Positions 24,634 to 35,657 of a stretch of DNA of 64,000 nucleotides are shown piece after piece. Every line of letters begins with the position of its first letter. The first letter of the stretch is position 1. Below the pieces are notes generated by a model. The model was not told the DNA's origin and did no database searches. It saw only the letters and a program-made list of their open reading frames with translations. Position numbers and translations under genes: made by a program. The stretch covers positions 70,849,526 through 70,913,525 of the forward strand of contig NC_057719.1 of assembly GCF_004010195.1 (NCBI RefSeq), given 5' to 3'. The DNA is from Chiloscyllium plagiosum. Lineage: Eukaryota.

Positions 24634-24784
24634 GCTCCAGACCAGGTCTGTGACTTGCCCTCACTGCTTCCACACTGCCCACAGGGAGAGAGGGAGAGAG
24701 AGAGAGAGAGCTCCAGACCAGGTCTGTGACTTGCCCTCACTGCTTCCACACTGCCCACAGGGAGAGAGGGAGAGAGAGCTCCAG
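24634..24784. repeat. Tandem duplication (76 and 68 bp units) with a variable (GA)n tract
   Basis: GCTCCAGACCAGGTCTGTGACTTGCCCTCACTGCTTCCACACTGCCCACAGGGAGAGAGGG(AG)n occurs twice, followed by GCTCCAG. Confidence 0.9.
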
Positions 24785-24841
24785 GGGATAAAATAACTTG
24801 GGCTCATTTACAGACAGCTCGAGTCCATCAAAGCACACAGC

Positions 24842-24878
24842 GTTAACTTTGTATACCCCAGTCCACCGGCGTCTCCAA
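24842..24878 (+). mobile_element. 37-bp 3'-tail micro-insertion of the family at 56889-57018
   Basis: TTAACTTTGTATACCCCAGTCCACCGGCGTCTCCAA matches 56976-57015. Flanked by a perfect 15-bp repeat ATCAAAGCACACAGC (24827-24841, 24879-24893). Confidence 0.75.
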
Positions 24879-27663
24879 ATCAAAGCACACAGCAGCATTG
24901 CTCCCTAACCTGATAGCTAGTGAGTCAACCCAGCGGTTATTATCAGAATGAAGTCGGGCACTGTCGCCCGCTACGATGTGTATGCGGACGCAGCTTCTGC
25001 AAAGAGAGTTTCCAAATATCAGATTCAATATGTTCCGGCTCGCCTCTTTTTCATTAAATGCAACGGATGTTCTGCGATAGTCTTGTTACATTTATATTTT
25101 TGCAAATGAGTTTGTGCGGGAGGCAGGCGCGTACACGGCCATCGCGACCAGAAACACAGATTGAAAACACATTTCCGCGTGTGATCCCTTCATCATCAAA
25201 CAAAGCACAAATTCAAGAGCTAGAGCAGCAAGTGTCAAGGGTGGAGGCGAAGGGGAAAAAATTGTACAAATTGAGTGAAATAAATACATTGTAATGTACT
25301 GTTGGCAAACTTCGAGTGCACTGTTGGTTTTACTGAACGGCAGAATTAAATATAGAGCTTCCACTGTTGGCAGTTGGGCTGACCTAGAAATTAGATCTAT
25401 ATCACGCTTCTGAGTTCGAGTTGTGTTTCCGTTAATGAGACGGGCTGCGAGTCACCACCAATCTAGGGAATTAATTTTTTTTTAAATCACAAAACACCAA
25501 CAAGTAGAGAGGAATCTATTTCCAGACCTGTGGAATGTGTTCAACTGAATAAAGAATGGGACTTTTAGCCAGGGAATATCCGTTTCGTCTCTGTTCCAGC
25601 ACTAACTTCAACTCCACGTTTCCCTCCAGCCGCTGATGGGGACAGCGGTGGGTCTCCTGAAAAATATTAGGGCGGTATCAGGGTTGTCATCTCATTAGGA
25701 TAATGTTCCTCTTGCAATACATAACGCTGTTTGCATTTCAAAATGAAACTGCAACCTTCAAGTGAACCCCGTGTTGCTAAGGTTTTAACAAACACAGCAT
25801 GGAGTTTCCAAAGACAGTTTCGTTTCGGGATTTGGTTCGGGGACAAGAGGCGGGGGTGGAGGGGTCATCGCTGCGACCACATTAACCCCGCAAGAAGGAC
25901 CCAGTTGATCCAGTGGCAATGATAATGTGACGGAAGGTTATAGACTGGGCTGGCGACCCGCCAACCAAAAATGTACCCTCTGCCAGGCCCCAACCCATCG
26001 TCAACTCAGTGCAACACCTTAAGATTAGAAAGTGGGACTGAAACGTGTCTGGGCAGAAACAAGTTCCGTGGCTCAGTAACACATCCTGAAAAGCATACGT
26101 TTATTTTAACGTAAGGCGTTGGTTCCGTTGTAATCTTGTAAATAATTCTGGACATAATTCTTCTGGATGAATGACCGGTCACAGACATTTTAAAAAATGG
26201 CAGTGTATCACATGGGTTTAATGAAACATTTCTGCTCTCAACACTTCCTCGTTCCCCCCTCCTGACCTGATTCAGTTGTTCTATGGGACAGTTCTACGGC
26301 GATTGGCAATCCTCGACTAAACGAGTCATCAGAACCTGCCCCAATCCCTTCCTTATCCCAAATCCAGAGTTGCATGTTGCATGGTTGGAGGTGGGGGCGC
26401 GCCGGCCAGTGATTAGAGCAAAGAAACACACACTGGGCTCTGGCTCCCTTTAAGACAAGAATCCAGGCCACCCCCAAATGTACTCAGGACAGACCAGGGA
26501 ACAACCCGGGACATTTAGAAAGCTACACCAACGAAAGAAAAAGTTTGAAAAAGAATGTGCGTTTATATAGCGCCTGTCGCCAATTCCGATCAGCTCCCAA
26601 AGCCCCAGACGCGCCGCGCAATTATGGGAGTTTATGTCCGCATTTTCAAAACTTTTATTTTTAATCAATTCGCTGAATTAAGATCATTTCATCCACCCCC
26701 CCACCCCCAACTCGATCCCCTCACAATCCCAAGTGCAACAAATATAACAGGGGAAACGGTTCCCGTCGAAAGGGTTTCGTTAACATTAAATCCTTATTGA
26801 ATAAATGCAGCCACTCGTTTTAGAAGGTAGTAATGTGCAGAAATTGACAGTTGTGAATTAAGCGATGACACCAGCCTTGCGATCAAAACTGTGTGTGACC
26901 GTGGTGGAGAAAAATCTATTTACCACGGTCACGATACCGCCCGGTAAGCGTAATGTCCGCAATGAGGATTGAGAGAGCAGAATATTGAGAAACGTTGTTT
27001 GCCTGTTCCCATACCATAGCTTCTCCACTTCTGGGAAAGTGGACAATCAATATTTACTAGGGATTTACTCATTAGTGAACAACGCGGTCCCCACCATTAA
27101 TGGGATCAACATGATATTCATGGTTATCCTGTAATTCTCGCCCGCGTTTGCAAGAGTTTTGTTTCAGCTCTGTTGTTAGAACCCTCACTTTGATTGCAGG
27201 TTGAAATTATTTTTTAAAACATCGTGTTCCTCAACTATTTATATTTCCACATGTGCGATAGAAACGGGAACACCAACCCCTCTGGAAATGTTTATTTTCT
27301 GTTATTTACCAATCAGCGCTAAGTTTTTTTTCTGGGTTACTGAAAGCGAAAGGAGCTGTATTGGCAAATTCTACGCTTTCCTGCTGATTTTGGAAACGAT
27401 TTATTTTCCGTGGGCTTTAATGAACAATTTTCACGCTGTGGTTGCTAAGAAATGAACTGGCTCATCACAAATTTCAATACGACTGTTTAAATATTTTTGT
27501 TTTATATACACCGTCTACTTTTGCAACCTGTAAATATTTATGAAGCATCAGAGCTAATGTTATTAGATATTAGCGGTATTTTGTTTCTATCTTATGTACA
27601 AAACATAATACTTGAGACGCCAAAACAGTGGAAATTCCAACTTGCGACAAATGTAGTTTTTCC

Positions 27664-27677
27664 CCACTAGGCGGCGC
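27664..27677 (+). promoter_or_regulatory. Candidate CTCF site
   Basis: CCACTAGGCGGCGC, one mismatch to the core consensus. Confidence 0.4.
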
Positions 27678-30600
27678 GCCTGCATTACTCGGGGGTGAAG
27701 GAGAGTTTTTTGGAGCATGATCAGTTACGGTAGAACCTGACTTTCCACTGAGCCCGTTTTATTGAATACCTCTTTGTTTCCATCTGTGAATCCTCGTGCG
27801 TTGTGCTAAAAGCAAATATTATTTTGCCTCATGCGTAGGATACCGCTTGTAATGGCTTCGGTCAACGCTCCTAATAGTCAACAAGTAATAGACGAGCTAA
27901 TCAATTATTGCATTATTACCTGTTCTAGTCACTGTGCCGCTGACGGCTTGTGTATCCGTCATAACGTTAAATTATTTCCCCGTTGCGCTGTCAATAGTGA
28001 CACTCGTTATTTATACATTAAAGCGTTCTCAAAACTGCTATAATTTAAATTTGTGCAACTATTTATGTTTGGAAATTTGGTATTTTGCAATTCGGCTATC
28101 TACCAGTGATTTGCAGCTGTATTTTACAAAGTGTTAATATTTCATCCGGATTAACACCGCCGAGGATGCCTGATTCAGAGGTTGTGGGAGACTAAAGTTT
28201 AGAATCTAAATAAAGGATTTTAATATGTCGTAAAACGTGCATCCTATTATTCGATGGTCAGGAAAGCCAGGGATGGGCGGATTTGTGGAAAAGCTAGAGA
28301 GGCTCTGATGTGAAGGTAGTTACACCGCTTTTGTACGTTGTGTACTGTTAGTACAGACTGCTACAGCAGCGTGTCGAGACAAGCAACTCATTTGGACTAG
28401 GTGCTGAGGGAGAGATCTGCTATAGGTAGATATAACACAAAGCGACTGTCATGGCCAGTCTGATATTCGCTGTGCTGCATATGGGTTTGGGTTTTAATAT
28501 TTATAATTATTGATTTCAGCCTTGTGAAAACTGCCACAACGCGAATGAATCAACAACTGAGAATAATTATCAAAATCACCTCTGAACTACACGGAGTCAA
28601 TATCACCGCATGAGAATACAGTACAAAATATTCATTATTTCTGTGTATTTTTTTTTAAACGGGATCTTCCATTTCTAGGGCAGTAACTCATGAGACAATG
28701 ATAAACACCGAATATGGGAATGGAAGTAGTTCTCTCAGACAATCTGTTTTCCCCAGTTCCCGACTGCTACCACTGGGTATTCATAAACAACCAGCAAACA
28801 AAACGTTACGACAAAAGAGGACACAAAGGGCCACGGGGGACTCACATTGCAAGCCTGGCATTACAATTAATTTTCACACTTTATCGGCCCAGATATTGAA
28901 GTCAAAAACCATACATAAGATTAAAGATTTTCTCCCTTTAAAAGATCGATTTTCAGAACAACTGCTATTACGAACAGTGGTATCAATTAAGTTCCTCCAG
29001 AATTTGTGAAAGTAGGAACGGTTCATTCAATACAGTTGAGATAGCATTGTTTACATGAGCATCGATTTTTCTACGCCGGTTCTTTGTGTGGTCCTAGAGC
29101 TCTTTAAGTGGATGAAATACCGTGCTAGGCAAGACGCGAAACAAGTAACATTTAATATAGAAAGAGCAATAGTTTCAACGGTATCGGAATGAGGCTACTG
29201 CCTTTTACATATTTTCTGGTTTGATCGTAGTTTTCAAAGGAGCAAGTTTAGCTGGAGACGACCTTTTGCAGATTGATGTTTAAAAGAGCTCTTCGTTTTA
29301 ATGTATATAAAGATGTGCTGTAAGGTTTAATCACGAATGAGCAGAATTAGACGTTTTTGTATGGTTACGTCGAGTGTATTAGATTTTTCTTTCATTGGGA
29401 GCGCACTCGTCCTGTGATGGGTAACGTCAAAGATTTTTTTCTCCCTTGTTTAAATCTGAGGCGTCACACTATTTGCGATTCAAGTCAATATTTGAAATCA
29501 TTTTGTTAGTGCGGCGCTCCCATGAAATAAACAAGCGGCTCACATTGTCTATTAACCGTGTAGTTTACAGTATCATCTGCGATGTAGATTTGCAGACTGC
29601 TGCAAATTACATTATCGCGTGTGTGAAAGGATAAGTTGCTACAGCCTGCCTTCAAAGAATGTATATTTCATCAAATAAAGGATGCGAGTAATTGACAAAC
29701 ATAAATATCAGGGATTTAATTGGATTGGTACTAATTTGAACATGTCCTAACGCCAATTGTTCTATGTTAAATGAAAGTGCTCGCCGCCAATAATAAAAAG
29801 AAAGATTTTGGAAGGAAGACGTCGGAGGATTCGTTGTTTATGTTTTAAATACAGAAGCATATGCGGTATACTCTTAACTATTTCAATCTCAGCCGAATAT
29901 CTTTTGCGCCACTCAATGGTATTGTTCATTGTAACTGATCACCGTTTGCGAGCGTATCCTTAGGAAAGCGAAAAGGGGTCCCAGCCATTCAGGCGCATCT
30001 GTTAATATTTAAGAAATCAAGCCCCACTGACAGCCATTCCGACATTCAACTCGCCTTGCCATTCACTCAGTACCTGAGCAGACCGGAAATAGCCAGTCAG
30101 CATGCCCAATTAATAACTGGCGTGAATAAAGCTCCTCTGATTTTTAAAAATTATATCCTGTGAAAGTATTGATTACAATATTTTAGTGGCTCATTTTAAG
30201 ACAGGGATTCATGTAACTTAAGGCTGTGTATACAATCCTGCAATACGCAAAACTGTTGTTTACTTGAAATAGTTGCAATAATGGGAACCAATTTATTTCC
30301 TCCATCACACTTTCCTTAGGGTCTATACTGAAAGATTGCTTCAATCTTCAGTCAGAGTCATTAACAGGGAAGTATCGCTTTGATCTTCGATTACTTCGGA
30401 TGAAGTTTTTAAAGAAACAGACACTAAAACAATTAGAAAATTATTCACTCGCATTATTTATTTTCTAGTCTGGATATATTATTTATGTCTGACTTCACCA
30501 GCTTCAGCAGGTTGCAAATAAGTTTCTCTCTGTTATCAGTGAATTGTTGGATTAATTTTTTTTGCAGTGCCGGGACCTCTGCAGTGTAAGTGTGGGGTAT

Positions 30601-33600
30601 GTTATACTGAATACCTTGATCCGACTCAGATTCGCTCAACACCCACACAGTGAATTATTCAGTCTGTTGAGACGCGTTTACAAGGGTGTTGAAGCTGTAT
30701 GCTCCACATACCGAGGACATTCAGCTTTTCAAATGGATTGTTCGTCACATCTAAATGTGGTATTGCGTGCTTTTTCGCATTGTCTTTCATAAGCACCTCA
30801 GAGCCCCGCATGTTTGGGAGAGTGCACAGTAGGGCTATCAGTTATGAGAAACTTAGGTTTTACGGATAACGATGTTATCATGCAAACAATGGGCTCTATC
30901 TTCAGCGGTATTTCGGCTATGGATCAGACAAGAATAACCTGTCCACCTCAAACCTGGGGTTCCCTTGTTTAAGGCATTCCTTGAGCATTATTTGAATGTC
31001 GTTTCTGTTTTTCATCTTTACTTGTTTTTTTTTAAATTGTTTCAGCTGCTCATTGCGAATCAGTTTTGTTTACATTGGAACAAGCCGGGTATAAGCGGCT
31101 AACTCCCATCTTGGTGTGTGCGTGTGTGTGTGTTTTCTTTCCTGCAATTTTGAAGGAAATTTCCCAGTGACACAATGTTATGATGGAAAGATGCTGCAAA
31201 TGACAGCGCCGGTAAACGTTCGTCTTAATCATCGGGCTCTTAATTTAGTTTGGTGCTGGTTTTTGGAGTGAGCAGCCGCTGACAACCTACAGGGAGTTAA
31301 TGAGTGACAAGACAGGGCTGCTACACCAAGTAACACTTTCCTGGTGCGAAGACCGCTAACTGGGAAGTTTAGTTCACTACTGTTTTCGCAAACCTAATAA
31401 TATAACCTGTAACAAAAACCACTTAAGAAAAATGCAGCACGCTAAAGACAGAAACTTTCAATCACTAATTATTAGCGCCTGCAGTCAGTTAAGTGTCTTA
31501 CTTAGTTACTGGGAGAATGTAATCGCCGATTTCTTCCATTGGTCTGTCAACAGTTCACATCATTTGCAAACATTGTCTTTTTTTTCACCCAAAAAAAAGC
31601 TTCCTGCCAATTATACAAATATATTTTTGTTGAAATTCAGGGCATGTTTGCGTCTGTTTTGTGCAAAATGGCGCCGGGGGCAGCACTTTAGCCGAAAACA
31701 ATTTCTGAAGTGTAGTGCTGTGAATTTCTTCAAAATCATCAATTCTATTGAGTACTGAGATAATGGTTTTGTCATCATTCCAGGGGCGTCGGCAATGAGT
31801 TTGTCTTTTCTGTTCTAATATTTTAGAACGCCCTAATACATTACACAAAGGAGACGTGCGGGTTGCTATTCCAGCTTTATTTGACCACATTGGTACATCC
31901 GTTACACTTGAATATTGAATACATACAAGAAATAAACAATATATTTGTATATACAATTTTCAAAATATCACTGTTTCATTTATTCCAAGCTGACAGATAG
32001 CAGATGTTCTTTTGAACAATAAAAAAATCATTCTGGTATATTAGTATGGAGAGGTCCTGAGCTCCCCACGTCGGTAAGGGGCAAGGAATACCCACAAATC
32101 CGCTTCTGTGTCAGGTTTCTTTGCTTGGGGGTCAAAGGTAAAATTCTGCAGCAGACACAAAACGGTATTAATTAAAAAGAAACAGCATTGTCAAAACGTT
32201 AAACTTGCAGAAAGCGAAAAGTAAGACCATCTTAAAAAATACCTTTCCACGTATACATTTACAAACAAAGCCGTTGTGCTGAATTATCGTGTTGGGGGGG
32301 GGGGGGGGGAGCCTCAGCTCAGATTGATTCGATAAGATTTCTCAGTAGCTCTCGCTTACTTCTTTGGGTCCAATTTTGGCTTTGGGTGGTTCACGCCAAT
32401 ATTAACATGTTCTGATTAGGACCCGTTTGGGTAATTCTTGCACGTTTACGCCTTTTTTGTTCATTGCTGCAGTAATTTCTATACTGGCCGTGTGGGTTAT
32501 TGTGGCAGTTGAGGTTATTCGAATGAGCTGTAGGTTAAGTTGTCTGCTCAAGTATTAAATAGAATATCAAAAAATAGTTGACTTCAGGTTTATAAACCCA
32601 ACTTCAAATGTTTTACATTCGTAGCAATCTGCTGGGTTTCCTGTATCAATATTAAATTCATTGCTTTGTGGCAACTTAAGAATCTTAAATGATGTCAAAC
32701 AAACAGAATTCGATATGTTATAATATACCAGAAACAGTACGCCTATCTTATTTTTCTCACGTCCCAGAATCAGTTCGAGATACGCGTTTGTAAACTGGCT
32801 TTGAAATAGTTATACAAGAACTCTGATTAAGTATTGCCAAATCACAGCAACAACGTGGTTAGTACAAACAACAGCTGGGTTTAGTTTTTTTTACATAGAA
32901 AAGTTACAATTCAATGACCGCTTGCTCATATGAGCATGCAATCAGCTAATCTCGCTTTCTTCTTTGTGTTAATCAACACTTTCCTCGCTGCATATCAGAG
33001 TACAAGTACTGGAGTTACTCCATCAGTAAATGTTTATGTAACCTGTACTTTCCCAGGAATCCGGTTACGCCAAATCATTTCATGCTAGACTGAGTACGAA
33101 AACGAGCAGGTCAGGCTCGAGTCTAAATATATACCGAGAAGATAAGCGAACGGTCCCCAAACTGCTCCCTGGAAATACGTGCGTGCGCCCCGTCAGACAC
33201 CGCGTATGAAACCATTTACGACCTTCCTCAGATTTTACCGGTGACCTTTTGGCCTCAGTATTCCACTGGTTTAAAACGGGGAACTCCCTGAGCAGATTCA
33301 TGCACACCATGTATCACCACATCAAAAATAAAGTCTAAATATTTAATTTCTTGATGTATTTGAATACATTTTACAGATTAGCTTAGTATTGGAATATATA
33401 AGAGATTCTTGTTAAACGCTTTTTTTTTTCAAAAAAAAATCAAATCCATGCAGTGTCCCATTTATCATACAGCCGTAGTTTGGCTTTACCGATGGGCGAT
33501 GTGTCTTGGAGCAGACTTTTAATGCTATTGCGCAATAAAAATACTGTTCGCTTTGTGCTAAGCTAAATTCGGGCTGTTAAAGCGACTGCGAAATGCAGAA

Positions 33601-34399
33601 ACAAGGTCAGAGACATATTTGCATTTTACTCCCGGAATATAATGAGGTTAAAAACGAGAGCTGCCGTTTACCACGAGAACGGGATCCGAATGCAGCGGGC
33701 GGCCGGTTAGTTCAGGAATCCAGTGCCGAGGGTCTGAGCACGGCCTTCGCTTTGACGCGCCCAGGCGCTTCTGCAGTTCGAGGGTCATGTTTGCAGGCAA
33801 CGCGACGTCCCGGCTTCACTTGGCGAGTGAACTACCCCAGGTCCAAGCATAGCCGGAAAACATGTTATAAATATTAACATGTGCTAAGAACCGTATCAGC
33901 AAAACAACAAACTCACTACATCGTTAAAGCGATAAATAGAGTCCTAAGTGCACCTCATATTGTATAAGCATCTTAATTAATAACTAAATCTAAAGAAATA
34001 AAACAAAGGCTGTTATAAAGAAGCCAGGATGTACAGCACGTTTATAGGCCAGTAACACTTATCTACAACCCAAGATTGGCATCTGTAACTTCAGAGTTCC
34101 TTCCTTGTAATAAGCAGAGAAATGGTCTACAAAAGCAGGATTTTTATTGCATTTGGACCGACACAAAGTCACAATCAATCTACAACTGATTGCCAACATT
34201 CCCCATCCGCCATCATGGATCCCAGATGACTGACAGCACAAGAGTCAGAGCGAATCATACAGAGTTCAGATGGAATGAACACACTCGGGTAGACTGTGAC
34301 AGGTCACGCAGGGGATGTCGGTTTGGAAAGAGCCGGAAGAATGCTCTGGGATCAGGCTCGCAATGTCAGCCGGCCATTCTGCAAGCCCCATTCCCTGGA

Positions 34400-34714
34400 C
34401 CCCCGCTAACAAGCCAACCCCGCCACAAACTCCCAAACCCTGCTTCTGTCCTAGTTCCCGTCCCTGCCCCCAGTCCGTGATCTAACCCCGGCTCCTGCCC
34501 CCAACCCCCACCCCAATCCCAACCTCCCCAAAACCTCGGCTTCTACACTCAGCCCCTGATCCAACCCCCGCTCCAGCCTCCAACCCCTCTCAGTCCCAGT
34601 CCCGGCCCTCAGCCTCTGAGCCAACCCCCGGTCCATCTCCGAAACCCTGACCCAGTCCTGGCCCTCAACACCTGATCCAAACCCTAGTCCAGCCCCCAAC
34701 CCCTGACCTAGTCC
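34400..34714. repeat. C-rich degenerate hexamer low-complexity tract
   Basis: Repeated CCCAGT/CCCTGA/CCCCAA/CTCAGC-like units running into the gap. Confidence 0.8.
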
Positions 34715-35055
34715 NNNNNNNNNNNNNNNNNNNNNNNNNNNNNNNNNNNNNNNNNNNNNNNNNNNNNNNNNNNNNNNNNNNNNNNNNNNNNNNNNNNNNN
34801 NNNNNNNNNNNNNNNNNNNNNNNNNNNNNNNNNNNNNNNNNNNNNNNNNNNNNNNNNNNNNNNNNNNNNNNNNNNNNNNNNNNNNNNNNNNNNNNNNNNN
34901 NNNNNNNNNNNNNNNNNNNNNNNNNNNNNNNNNNNNNNNNNNNNNNNNNNNNNNNNNNNNNNNNNNNNNNNNNNNNNNNNNNNNNNNNNNNNNNNNNNNN
35001 NNNNNNNNNNNNNNNNNNNNNNNNNNNNNNNNNNNNNNNNNNNNNNNNNNNNNNN
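34715..35055. other. Assembly gap (341 N)
   Basis: Run of N. Confidence 1.
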
Positions 35056-35279
35056 TGGAAAAGGAGATGGATGGAGGGAGACCAAAATCGAGCAACTTTG
35101 CAGAACAGTGGAAAGGGAAACGTGCTGGGAGTGGAGGGGATGGTTGGGCTTGAGGGGAAAGCAACCATCCGGAAGATTGGAATTTGGGGGCGAGGGAGGA
35201 GAGAGAGAGTGGGTTTGGGTTGGGTTGGCGGTGACGCGGCTTTGACCTCTTTCCCCGCCCTGGCGTTGTAGCGTTCCGC

Positions 35280-35500
35280 CAGCTGGGGAGTTGAGGGGGG
35301 GGGGGGGGGGTGGGGATTGGGTGGGGAGGAGGAGGAGGAGGAGGAGGAGGGTGAGGTGCAAGCGGCGCTGATTGGCTGCGGCGTGGGGCGACGCGCAGGC
35401 GCGCCGGCGGCTGTGATTGGGCAGCCAGGGGCCGGGCTCCATGGGCGCGGAGCTGCCTGGCTCCGAGCGACCTCTTCTTAAGAACATGAAGTAGTGGCTC
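35280..35500 (+). promoter_or_regulatory. Probable FOXG1 core promoter / CpG island start
   Basis: Inverted CCAAT boxes (ATTGG at 35316, 35371, 35416), G-tract and (GGA)n run, GC-box-like TGGGGCG, TATA-like TTAAGAA at 35478. Lies ~160-380 bp upstream of the ATG. Confidence 0.65.
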
Positions 35501-35657
35501 TTTTTTTTTTACTACACGGAGTTGCCAACGTTTGTGCGATTTGCGGTCCAACTGTGCTGCGGCGATCACCATTTATTTTCACTATTATTATTTTTTTCTC
35601 GGGATTTTTTTTTTGGGAAAAAAAATCCCCCCCCCCCCCCCCGTGTGTGTGTGTGTG

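Noticed and set aside
24634..24784. Repeat units superficially like an array
   Set aside because: Simple tandem duplication without unique spacers, in eukaryotic DNA. Not CRISPR.
26300..26340. Minus-strand CUGAUGA-CUCG-loop-CGAG resembling a hammerhead or K-turn
   Set aside because: Followed by GAUU instead of GAAA, and the bulge is too long for a K-turn. Likely chance.
34451..35572. Long minus-strand ORFs (373, 259 and 167 aa)
   Set aside because: They span the N gap and low-complexity GC-rich promoter DNA, so they are artefacts.
35532..35657. 42-codon in-frame N-terminal extension of FOXG1 from TTG
   Set aside because: Non-ATG start, made of homopolymer and GT-repeat sequence. The conserved protein begins MLDMGD at 35658.
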